Virus record (IMG/VR): IMGVR_UViG_3300027902_000001
Span: 9,496-73,495 of that record
DNA length: 64,000 bases
Reading direction: 5' to 3' (one strand)
Source: a virus
Made by a program: the position numbers and the translations under genes. Under the pieces are notes generated by a model, which worked only from the letters and a program-made list of their open reading frames with translations, was not told where the DNA came from and did not search any database. This document shows positions 9,349 through 17,436 of this stretch, one piece after another (the first letter of the stretch is position 1; each line of letters opens with the position of its first letter).

Positions 9349-9567
9349 AATTTTGCTCCTCGTTCATGATGTTCTTCGATTGGTGTAGTCGCCAAGGCAA
9401 CCGCATACCCACTGACCCTTGCCGGTAGGACCAGCGATCCACATGAAAGTCTTGCCGTGACCCTGGATACATTGTAATCTGACATAGCACGGCGGACGCC
9501 AGATACTGATCATCGACAATGGTATAACCACTAGGATCATAGTCAGCCAGCGTTTTAGAATCACAAC

Positions 9568-9993
9568 TTACCTCCCTAGCATAGGTATGAAGATTTTTGA
9601 TCTTACGCGTAAATTGATTTTGCTGACCACGCCGGACTCAAACAGTACGGCGCTACCCCAGGGTCCCCCAGGATTCTGCACCTGGCACAATTCACCATCT
9701 GCGTAAAAGAAGATGGGTGTGCCATCTTCAATCCATCCTTGGATAGCCAACAGGGTTGGTTGTCCATATTGCCCAACCACTGTCGTCGTGATGGGATTTG
9801 CTCCTTTTGGAATCCCGATCAAGACGTTATCCCCCCGTCCCTCTATGACTGTGCCAATTGGAGCGGGTTGTCCCCGCTTCTGTATGGCGCCATAGAAACC
9901 CTGCGGCCACGGTGGAGGTCCGCCGGCTTGCGCAGATAGCGAGCAGAATAGCAGTACGCTTGCCAGTAATGCGTAAAACCATAGATGCTTCAT
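9568..9993 (-). CDS. Secreted protein
   Basis: Signal peptide ending AQA; PQGFYG...PAPIGTVI domain; C-terminal KIFIPMLGR; RBS AAAGGAGG. Confidence 0.7.
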   Translation of the reverse strand: MKHLWFYALLASVLLFCSLSAQAGGPPPWPQGFYGAIQKRGQPAPIGTVIEGRGDNVLIGIPKGANPITTTVVGQYGQPTLLAIQGWIEDGTPIFFYADGELCQVQNPGGPWGSAVLFESGVVSKINLRVRSKIFIPMLGR

Positions 9994-10072
9994 GGTGTCC
10001 TCCTTTACCTGATCGCATCCTCATATTTGACGTTGCGCGGGTCCCAGGTGAGAATCTCCGGCGCAGGCGGCG

Positions 10073-10897
10073 CTATTTTGTAGACTTGCCATGCGATAGC
10101 CATTCCGGTGATGTCAACTCATTGAAATCCAGAGTAGCCGGACCGACGAACTTTTGTGGCGGCGCGGGCTGTCCATTTCCCCCAATGTCTATCTTTCCAT
10201 CACGCTGCCAACCAGCAAGCGTCTTAGAGATATATCCGATACCCAAGAATGGGCGATCCCGGTTTTGATTACAGACTCCAATGGCCCGAATTGTCGCATC
10301 TGCGCCGTACAAATCCTCTAGCTCGCCAAGTTGCTCCGCGTCCATTGGATTGATTGCGCCGCCGCGGGCCTGGTTGAAAGCCTCAAAAACGTTCTGTGTG
10401 GCGACTTTGGCGCGGGTGGGGGAACGATTCTCCCTCTCCTTCTTCTCTGTTTCTTCTTCTCCTCTGTGTGGCGCTACAGTATCGTTATTGGAGTCACGTA
10501 ACGGCGTTACTAACTCGTTGTGATCATTATCAGGTGGCGATACACGACACTCCTTGGCCCGTTTCCGGTGGGCGCTGACACGCTCAGCAACGCGTTCTGG
10601 ATCATCAGACGGCGGCTTGGCTTGACGCTTTTGCCAGTGTGTCACACTCCAGATGTCAGTCATGCCATCGAGAGTCAGGATACCAACACCTTGGAGGGCG
10701 TTCATGTCACCTATTAGGTCTTCTGGATCGGTATGCAGCAACCAGGATAGATCGTTGATTGATGGCAGATCGCCATCTAGCCCACAATCTCCTGCGACCA
10801 AGAATAGACTGATGCAGGTTCGATATTGACGGTCGGTCAGTCGTCCCATCTTGGGGTCGCGCAGAATTTCCGTGTAGAGTTTGATCCAGTAACTCAT
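10073..10897 (-). CDS. Replisome organiser / replication initiator with DnaD-like C-terminus
   Basis: WIKLYTEILRDPK N-terminus, ERVSAHR linker, YISKTLAGW DnaD-like motif. Confidence 0.75.
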   Translation of the reverse strand: MSYWIKLYTEILRDPKMGRLTDRQYRTCISLFLVAGDCGLDGDLPSINDLSWLLHTDPEDLIGDMNALQGVGILTLDGMTDIWSVTHWQKRQAKPPSDDPERVAERVSAHRKRAKECRVSPPDNDHNELVTPLRDSNNDTVAPHRGEEETEKKERENRSPTRAKVATQNVFEAFNQARGGAINPMDAEQLGELEDLYGADATIRAIGVCNQNRDRPFLGIGYISKTLAGWQRDGKIDIGGNGQPAPPQKFVGPATLDFNELTSPEWLSHGKSTK

Positions 10898-11469
10898 TGC
10901 GCACCTACGGTTTTTGATATGACTGGAACTTTTTGTAGACCGAAATTGTCATACTCGAATCTGGCTTGCCGGGCGGCGATGTATGCCGCCATCAGGTCTA
11001 CGTTGGTGGCGGTTGGGAAGGAACATCGCATTTCGTCCTTTGTTATCATCACAACGACGATGTTCCCGTCCAATACACGCTCTTTGAACTCTAATCCATG
11101 CAGAGGCATCGGAGCGTCTTTGCTAAGCGCGCAAACCTTTACTATCTCGTATTCACTTGGCCACGGATCACCGATGAAGGCCAACAGGCTGGATTCTGTT
11201 TCTATCACAACCTGTCTCCACAGGCCCCAATTGTCGATGGCTGATGTGCCGGCGGGTTTGATCTCAGCCCAAAACCCACCTCCCTTCCTAGCCCATTCGT
11301 CTTTTGAGTGCGCCAGCCAGAAGTCAGGCAGGTACCAACCTTTGCTTGTGTCGATACCCTCGGTCTCGTATTGATAGCGAATCCCCAGGGAGTCGAAAAA
11401 CACTGCCCACCGCGCTTCGAGTCTCGACCTGAACCTGTAGCCGTTATAGACCGTCTCGATGGCTTTCAT
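10894..11469 (-). CDS. PD-(D/E)xK nuclease-like protein
   Basis: FRSRLEARWAVFFD...YETEG...YLPDF...AEIKP. Confidence 0.75.
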   Translation of the reverse strand: MKAIETVYNGYRFRSRLEARWAVFFDSLGIRYQYETEGIDTSKGWYLPDFWLAHSKDEWARKGGGFWAEIKPAGTSAIDNWGLWRQVVIETESSLLAFIGDPWPSEYEIVKVCALSKDAPMPLHGLEFKERVLDGNIVVVMITKDEMRCSFPTATNVDLMAAYIAARQARFEYDNFGLQKVPVISKTVGAQ

Positions 11470-11650
11470 TCGGTGCTCCTTCGGCGGCGAGCAGTCTATC
11501 GACTTCCGAGCGTGGAATCCTGCGCCGGCCCCCTGGCGTGCGGACAACGCGAATTGTTCCGCTCTTGTCCGCGCGCCGGAGGGTGCTCGGATGAATCTGC
11601 AATAGACGGCAAGCCTCGGTTACTGTGAGTAGCTGTTCATTCACTGTCAT
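11444..11650 (-). CDS. MerR-type/excisionase-like HTH DNA-binding protein
   Basis: LLTVTEACRLLQIHPSTLRR...RTPGGRRRIP; the true start may be GTG at 11644. Confidence 0.8.
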   Translation of the reverse strand: MTVNEQLLTVTEACRLLQIHPSTLRRADKSGTIRVVRTPGGRRRIPRSEVDRLLAAEGAPNESHRDGL

Positions 11651-11679
11651 AGTATAGCATACCTTTCGAGACGTGTCAA
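11651..11679 (-). promoter_or_regulatory. Sigma70-type promoter, probably giving a leaderless mRNA
   Basis: TTGACA-N17-TATACT with TG extension; in-frame GTG 6 nt downstream. Confidence 0.75.
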
Positions 11680-11975
11680 ATCTCGCCTTGGCGCTTGCGC
11701 GGCGCGTTCACGTCAGGCGGCACAGTCCGTAGCCCGGTGCGCAGGTCGCGCAACTCCCACGACCGCTGCTTGCGCGCCAGGCGGCAGATGATCTGGACGC
11801 GCTGCTCGTAGGGCATGGTGTTCCAGCGCGCCAGCATATCGGCGACGAACTGGTCGATCAGGGCGCTCTTGGTGGTGGTAGCGGTCATGGCATGCTCCCG
11901 CCCGCGAAGACGAGAAAGATGATGGCCAGCACTGCCAGCCACAGCAGAAACAGAATACCGATGACGTTACCTGAA

Positions 11976-12191
11976 TCATCGTTGTCCATGTGGTTCCTCC
12001 TGAGCGGACTCAACCCGGCCAGTTGTCGCCGTCATAGCCTCCAGCACCGGCAGGCCGACTTCGATGGCCGAGCGCAGCGCCTGGCTGAGATTGCCGCTGT
12101 AGCGCGTGCGGGCGATGTCGCGCGCCTTGCGTAGCACGTGTTCCTCCAGGCGGACATTGATGGGCCAATTCGTGCGGGCGATGTAGGTCAT
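11976..12191 (-). CDS. Ribbon-helix-helix DNA-binding protein
   Basis: INVRLEEHV...NLSQALRSAI pattern. Confidence 0.6.
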   Translation of the reverse strand: MTYIARTNWPINVRLEEHVLRKARDIARTRYSGNLSQALRSAIEVGLPVLEAMTATTGRVESAQEEPHGQR

Positions 12192-12478
12192 GGTTGCTCC
12201 TTGTGCTGCTCCAGCGAGAATGACCCCCATTGCAGGTGGGGATGAAAAACGGCGGCGACTAGCACTTCGTCAGGGTTGTTCATGTCTACCGGCGCGCCGA
12301 AGATGTTCATGGGCGCGTCCTTCAAGACAGCGCGAATCATGGCGGCGTAGTGCAGAATGGTCAGCGTGCGCGCCGGTATCAGACCATCTTGCGTGCGCGT
12401 CGAGTTGGCTTTGTAAGTTGGTTTCGGCTCGCTCATCGGCGGCTCTCCTTGCTTGGGCCAGTAGGCTCCGTAGGGCAT
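12188..12478 (-). CDS. Hypothetical protein
   Basis: RBS AAGGAGG. Confidence 0.5.
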   Translation of the reverse strand: MPYGAYWPKQGEPPMSEPKPTYKANSTRTQDGLIPARTLTILHYAAMIRAVLKDAPMNIFGAPVDMNNPDEVLVAAVFHPHLQWGSFSLEQHKEQP

Positions 12479-12683
12479 GGGTCCTCCTTGGGGCGTATGG
12501 ATAATGCTACGATGCCGGCCTGACGGCTCTGATGCCGCACTCGCAGATGTTGGTCATCTGCCGGGTAACGCCCTCGCGCGCGCTGGCGCTGTCCCAGGCC
12601 GGGACGTGCTCCCCGTGTCTGCGCTTCAAATCGCCTATCAGCGTGTAACGTCCGCTGTTGCCGGACGCCCAGGTGGGCGTCTA

Positions 12684-12763
12684 GGTGGGTCTAAGCCGAC
12701 TCGGACGGCTTAACTCTGCGCAGGCGACCCTACGCCGTGCTTGTCCGTATACACCACGACCCA
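12684..12763 (-). ncRNA. Degenerate tRNA-like element
   Basis: TGGGTC/GACCCA acceptor, GTGT/GCAC D stem, GCGTAGG-GTCG-CCTGCGC arm, TAAGCCG-TCCGAGT-CGGCTTA T-like arm. Confidence 0.55.
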
Positions 12764-12865
12764 TGTTGCGCGGCGAGCTTAGTGCGTCCCGCGACCGCTG
12801 TTGTGATCTAACTTGCCCCCCACAGAGCATGGTACGGTCTTGGTATGTAGCACTCGTCGCGCAAG

Positions 12866-12937
12866 CAGCAGATGCGGGACTCGAACCCGCGTCGTAGCCT
12901 TGAAAGGGCCACATCCTAACCGCTAGAAGAATCTGCC
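12866..12937 (-). tRNA. tRNA-Glu(TTC), CCA not encoded
   Basis: GGCAGAT/ATCTGCT acceptor, TGGCC-CTTTCAA-GGCTA anticodon arm, GCGGG-TTCGAGT-CCCGC T arm. Confidence 0.9.
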
Positions 12938-13088
12938 GTGTTCGCCAGTCTTGTCAGGCGGGGCGCTCGTACCCCCACGGACGCCCCGCCCGGTACGCGA
13001 TTTCTTCAGTGACCTGATGGCATGTGCTAAATTGACCTCCTTTCGGCTGCGCCGCCGCCCATGCCGGCGCGCGGAGCGGCAACTTAGG

Positions 13089-14237
13089 TTAGCGCACGAC
13101 TTCGACGCGTTCCCGCTCGGCGCGTGCCGCCATGCCAAACAGACTGCGGGGATCGACCAGCAACCCACCCGCCAGGGCCTCCATCTCCACGGCGGCCAGC
13201 GGCTCCTCCCGCTGCGCGGCCCAGGTGATACCGTTGACGACGCCCAGCACGGTCGCTTCGCCGTGCGTGCCGGCGCTGACCGCCAATTTGGTGTCCTCCG
13301 GCCAGCCGTTTTCCTTGGCCAGCGCGGCCAGCACGTCGTTGAAGTTGGGCAGCGCGGCGGTCTCGGCTTCGACCACCTTGGCCAGAAAACCGGCCCCGGC
13401 CTTGAGCGCCGTGCCGATGGCCTCTTTGGCGTAGAGCTTGATGCGCCCCAGGTCGCCGCGGTGCACCAGCGAGATGCCGATGAAGTCGCCCTGCTGGTCG
13501 CCTTCCTCGTCGTAGCCGAACTCCTGGAAGACGCCCTGACCGGTCTTGGTTTTCAAGTTGCGGAAGATGATGCTGTTGCTACAGCCGGTCTGTTGCAGCA
13601 ACGGCCAGACCTTGATGCGTCCGCTGCCGATCTCGTCGTTGGCGACGAACACGCCGACGCCCCAGTGGCCGCCGCGGCCGTCGTCGCGCCCGGTGTCCTT
13701 GTACATCGTGCGCAGCACCAGATGATCCGGGCTGACATAGGGTCGCGCTAGGCGCAGATCGGGCGGCCGCGACTCTTGCAGTAGATCGTAGATCGTGTCC
13801 AGTAGGTCGCTGTTGGGCAGGCAGGGGTACTTCTCGTCCAGCACCGCGCGGCCTTGCTCGCCGTAGCAGCGCACCAGCCAGCGTTTGTTGTGCGCCTGCT
13901 TGGCATGGAAACCGAGCAGAGTGGCACGCACCGGGCCGGGGAAGCCGGCCAGGTAGTCGAAGGGCAAGCTCTTGGTCGAGCCGGCGCCGAAGTGACCGGG
14001 GCCGAACTTCTTGTAAAGCTGTTGGGTGGCGTGATCGGACAGCGCCACCGGCAGTATGTTGGGAATGGTGAGCTTGCAGTCGGCGTCGAAGGCCAGATCG
14101 CCGCCCGCGAACACGTGATCGTGTTTCTGCGCGTCGAACGCCAGTGACGCGTCGCGCAGCGCGGCCAGTTCCTGCATGGGGTCGCCATGCGACTGTGGGT
14201 CGTGGCCTACCGCGGCGGAAAAGATTGATTGGTTCAT
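13089..14237 (-). CDS. DUF932/DUF945-like phage protein
   Basis: RAVLDEKY...GVFVANDEIGSG...CSN...HRG pattern. Confidence 0.65.
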   Translation of the reverse strand: MNQSIFSAAVGHDPQSHGDPMQELAALRDASLAFDAQKHDHVFAGGDLAFDADCKLTIPNILPVALSDHATQQLYKKFGPGHFGAGSTKSLPFDYLAGFPGPVRATLLGFHAKQAHNKRWLVRCYGEQGRAVLDEKYPCLPNSDLLDTIYDLLQESRPPDLRLARPYVSPDHLVLRTMYKDTGRDDGRGGHWGVGVFVANDEIGSGRIKVWPLLQQTGCSNSIIFRNLKTKTGQGVFQEFGYDEEGDQQGDFIGISLVHRGDLGRIKLYAKEAIGTALKAGAGFLAKVVEAETAALPNFNDVLAALAKENGWPEDTKLAVSAGTHGEATVLGVVNGITWAAQREEPLAAVEMEALAGGLLVDPRSLFGMAARAERERVEVVR

Positions 14238-14262
14238 GTAACCTCCTGGGTGAGTATGGGCA

Positions 14263-15651
14263 TCAGAACAGTTCCGGCTGTTCTTCGGTCGCCGAGCCAG
14301 GCTCCTCCTGGTTGGCCAGCGCCGCGGCGCGCGCCTTGAGCACGGCGGCGATGCGGTCATAATCCTGGAGCGCGTCCTGGAGTTGGAACTGGATTTGCTT
14401 GGTTTTGAGCTGGCGGGTCGGGCGCAGCCAATCGAACAGGGCGCGATAGACGCCTTCAGTTGCCGTGCTTTCCGACCAGGCCCAGGCGGCGAAGGCCAGG
14501 CGCAGGCTCTCGTCGGATTCCAGGGCGGTCAGCATCTCCTCGATCTTGGCCTGCATTTCAGCCGTAGCCGGCGTGTTTAGATGACCGAACTGATTGAGCT
14601 TCAGGCGGATCGGCTCGATAGCGGCTAGGTCGGCGGGTAATGGCTCATCGGTTGATTCTGGCGCCGGCTCCGCCGCGGCTGGCTCCTGGTGATCGAAGTC
14701 GATGCCCTCATTGGCGGCGCGTCGGCGCGTGTCCTGGTCTTCGGCGTAGCCCTCGGCCGCGGCGGCCTTGACTGTGGGCGTCAGGGTCTGGGCCTGACGT
14801 TCGGCGCTTTCCAGCAGCGTGCGCAGGCGCTCGGTGGGCAGGCTTTCCAGGGTGTCGATGTCGCCCGGCAGCGCATCCTGGCCGACGCGATCCAGAAAAT
14901 CCTCGATGAACTCGACGTTGCTCTGCGGCATACCGGGGATGTGGCGGTCGGCGTCCTTCTTGGCCCGGTTGCGCGCCTTGCGGCCCCAGGTGTAGCCGCC
15001 GCTGAGTTCGACCTTGATCGGGGCAGGCAACTTGACCTTGCGCCGATTGTCGCCCCACCCTTCCCACTTCTCGTCAGTCCACTTGTCCTTGTTTTTGACG
15101 ATACCGAAGCCCAGGATCGGATGGTAGGTCTGGTGCAGCAACTCCATCTTGGCCTTCACTTCGACCTGGGTGGCGATGCAGACGATGCCGCTGTCGCCCT
15201 CCTCGATGTCCATCTCGTCCTTCTCGTCGGCTGTCATGGGGCGGTAGTCGTAGTCCACGGTGCCGACGCCGCGCCGTTGTGACTGCTTGGCGACCCCCTG
15301 GTAGCTCGGCACGATGCCCATCGTCTTGTCCAGGAAGAAGTCGCGATCCAGGCGCTCATCGGGGTTGGCCAGTTCGTAGAAGTAGCAGCCGATGGCCAGC
15401 GCCAGCGGCACCTCTTTACCCTTGGGGCGGGAGGCCAGGATGGCGAACACGCGCTTAGCCATGTCTTCGTCGCTGGCGACCAGGGTGGCGAACTTGTTCT
15501 GGTCGGTGACCTCGGTAATACCGATCTTGGTGAAATCCGTCGCCTTCATGGTGCGCAAGTCGGCGGCGGTCGGCGCGGGCAGCACTTCGCCCTGCGTGGC
15601 CAGCGCACGCGTCGGCGCGGCTGGCGCAGTGGGTGGGGTAGGTTGGTTCAT
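14263..15651 (-). CDS. Putative ssDNA-annealing recombinase-like protein
   Basis: Position in replication module; PSYQG and RKARNRA motifs followed by acidic low-complexity tail. Confidence 0.4.
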   Translation of the reverse strand: MNQPTPPTAPAAPTRALATQGEVLPAPTAADLRTMKATDFTKIGITEVTDQNKFATLVASDEDMAKRVFAILASRPKGKEVPLALAIGCYFYELANPDERLDRDFFLDKTMGIVPSYQGVAKQSQRRGVGTVDYDYRPMTADEKDEMDIEEGDSGIVCIATQVEVKAKMELLHQTYHPILGFGIVKNKDKWTDEKWEGWGDNRRKVKLPAPIKVELSGGYTWGRKARNRAKKDADRHIPGMPQSNVEFIEDFLDRVGQDALPGDIDTLESLPTERLRTLLESAERQAQTLTPTVKAAAAEGYAEDQDTRRRAANEGIDFDHQEPAAAEPAPESTDEPLPADLAAIEPIRLKLNQFGHLNTPATAEMQAKIEEMLTALESDESLRLAFAAWAWSESTATEGVYRALFDWLRPTRQLKTKQIQFQLQDALQDYDRIAAVLKARAAALANQEEPGSATEEQPELF

Positions 15652-15658
15652 AATCCTC

Positions 15659-16066
15659 CTATACTAGTTCCTCGAAGCCGCTGGCCTGTTCCTCAGCGGT
15701 CAGGACAATTTCTTCTTCCCAGTCGCACGCCCTGCAACTGACCTTCACCGTGACCTCGCCGCCGTAGAAGGTCTTCATGTAGCGGTAGCTCTTGATGGGT
15801 TTGCCGTAGCGATCTTTGGATTCAAGCCGACTGGCGCCTTCCTCGCTGACGGTCTCAACTTCCAGGTCGTGCTCGCAACCTGCCAGGCGTTCAAAGTCGG
15901 CCTCGGCGCTCAGGTTGGCCTCTTTGAGTTCACCGCCGCATTCGTCGCAGCGCAGGACAACGCGCATTTCCACGCTAACGGTGTCGTCGGCGATCTCAGG
16001 GGTCTCGGCTTCGACGGTCGGCGGGTCTTCGTAACTCACAAACTTCTGACAATCTGGACAGCGCAT
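15659..16066 (-). CDS. Zn-binding acidic protein
   Basis: CPDC, CDEC, CEH and CRAC; RBS AGGAGG. Confidence 0.6.
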   Translation of the reverse strand: MRCPDCQKFVSYEDPPTVEAETPEIADDTVSVEMRVVLRCDECGGELKEANLSAEADFERLAGCEHDLEVETVSEEGASRLESKDRYGKPIKSYRYMKTFYGGEVTVKVSCRACDWEEEIVLTAEEQASGFEELV

Positions 16067-16199
16067 AGAACCTCCTGGGATGAATTTGGCTCGCCGCGGT
16101 GGGGTGAGGCATTGCTGACCCGGAGGCGCAACGCCACCTGGATGTACCCAGTTGCTCCCCCACCGCGACGCGTATGCCTGTGTGTCAGGCACAGATGCT

Positions 16200-16228
16200 A
16201 TTGTAGCACAACACGCTACAAATGTCAA
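16200..16228 (-). promoter_or_regulatory. Sigma70-type promoter overlapped by a palindromic operator
   Basis: TTGACA-N17-TACAAT; TTGTAGC...GCTACAA inverted repeat. Confidence 0.75.
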
Positions 16229-16262
16229 ATTGACGTATGCCGCCTTACAGCGCCGGGTGTCA

Positions 16263-16835
16263 TCAGCCGCCGCGCTCGCCGTGATAGGCTTCGCGGAGCG
16301 TCTTGACCAACTTGCCCTTGACCCAACGCTTCTGGTCCTGGTATCCCATGCCGCGCTCGTAGCCGTCCAGAGTGAACTTCAGGCCCGGCCAGCGTGCGGC
16401 ACAGGCGGCGATCACCGACGACGGCGGCGACCAGGCCGTCTCGAAGTGGACGACCAGAGTGTCTGGCTTGGGCTGCTCGTACTTGGTATCGCTGGCGTTC
16501 CACTTGGTATCCCAATGCTTGATGTGCCAGTCGTACCAGTTATCTGCGCCGTACGCGGCGATCCATTGCGCGCGCACGTCGGCGGGCACCGGGCCGCCAC
16601 GCCCGAACTTGTCGGCAGAATCGGTCGGTGGGTAGTACGGCACGTCGCCGACGACGATATCGCGCAGCACATCCGGGCAGGGCAGGATAGCGTTGAAGTC
16701 GAATACGAGTTGCGCATCGGCGTCTTTGTTGCGTGGATAGACTTCCTTAGCAGGTCGCAGCATCACGGTCATGAAGTCTGCGACGAGTTCCGATTGACCG
16801 ACGACCTTCAGGTCGCAACTGCACCAGTTAGGCAT
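16263..16835 (-). CDS. DUF1281/YubB ferredoxin-like protein
   Basis: MPNWC start; WYDW..HWDTKWNA; FETAWSPP. Confidence 0.8.
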   Translation of the reverse strand: MPNWCSCDLKVVGQSELVADFMTVMLRPAKEVYPRNKDADAQLVFDFNAILPCPDVLRDIVVGDVPYYPPTDSADKFGRGGPVPADVRAQWIAAYGADNWYDWHIKHWDTKWNASDTKYEQPKPDTLVVHFETAWSPPSSVIAACAARWPGLKFTLDGYERGMGYQDQKRWVKGKLVKTLREAYHGERGG

Positions 16836-17436
16836 CTTGATCCTCCGTTTCTTCCGGTTCTTCGTATACTGCCCGCCAGGCGTCGAAGGCGGTAAAGACA
16901 CCGGCATCCAGCGGCAGCGTGGCGATGCACGTGCAGGGATAGTAAACTGGCCCACCCTCGTAGCAGGGTTTTCCGTCCTGGCCGTAGCGATTGGTGGGGT
17001 CGGATTCTTCTTGGAAGCCCCGCCACACTTCCAGGATCGAGTCGTCCAGGTTGGCGACGTAACCCCATTCGCAGAACAGCGAGTCACGGATGAAGTAGTT
17101 AGCGTCCAGGAGGATGCCGGTCGCCAGCATGGCTCCCATGTCACCTTGGGCTTTTCTGAGCAAGCAGTACCAGTTGTCGATGCGCCGATTATCCACGCTC
17201 AGGTCGGCATACTGGCGGCACTTGGCGATGTCCTCTGGCGTGGGCGTGCTGTCTTCGCTCACGGCGCGCAGCGCGCGCACCTGTGATCTCAGTTCGTCCG
17301 TGGTGTTGTCTGCCAACAGTTCGGCCAACTGCGCGGCGATCTCCGTCCCCAAGCCGGGCGGATAGCTATCGAAGTGATTGTAGGCCAGATAGTCATGGCC
17401 GTCCAACCGCCAGCCGTAAGTACCTCTAGTACCCAT
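16828..17436 (-). CDS. Conserved phage protein (MGTRG...NHFDSYP family)
   Basis: MGTRG, YNHFDSYPPGLG and CEWGYVANLD motifs. Confidence 0.7.
   Translation of the reverse strand: MGTRGTYGWRLDGHDYLAYNHFDSYPPGLGTEIAAQLAELLADNTTDELRSQVRALRAVSEDSTPTPEDIAKCRQYADLSVDNRRIDNWYCLLRKAQGDMGAMLATGILLDANYFIRDSLFCEWGYVANLDDSILEVWRGFQEESDPTNRYGQDGKPCYEGGPVYYPCTCIATLPLDAGVFTAFDAWRAVYEEPEETEDQDA

Noticed and set aside
11444-11650. IS607 transposon
   Set aside because: Only the MerR-like HTH is present; no serine recombinase domain or tnpB
12800-12866. Theta/HDV-like ribozyme at the tRNA 3' end
   Set aside because: No recognisable nested double-pseudoknot core
12995-13050. Third hammerhead (GAAA...CTGAAGA on the minus strand)
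   Set aside because: Stem II and stem III partners do not pair
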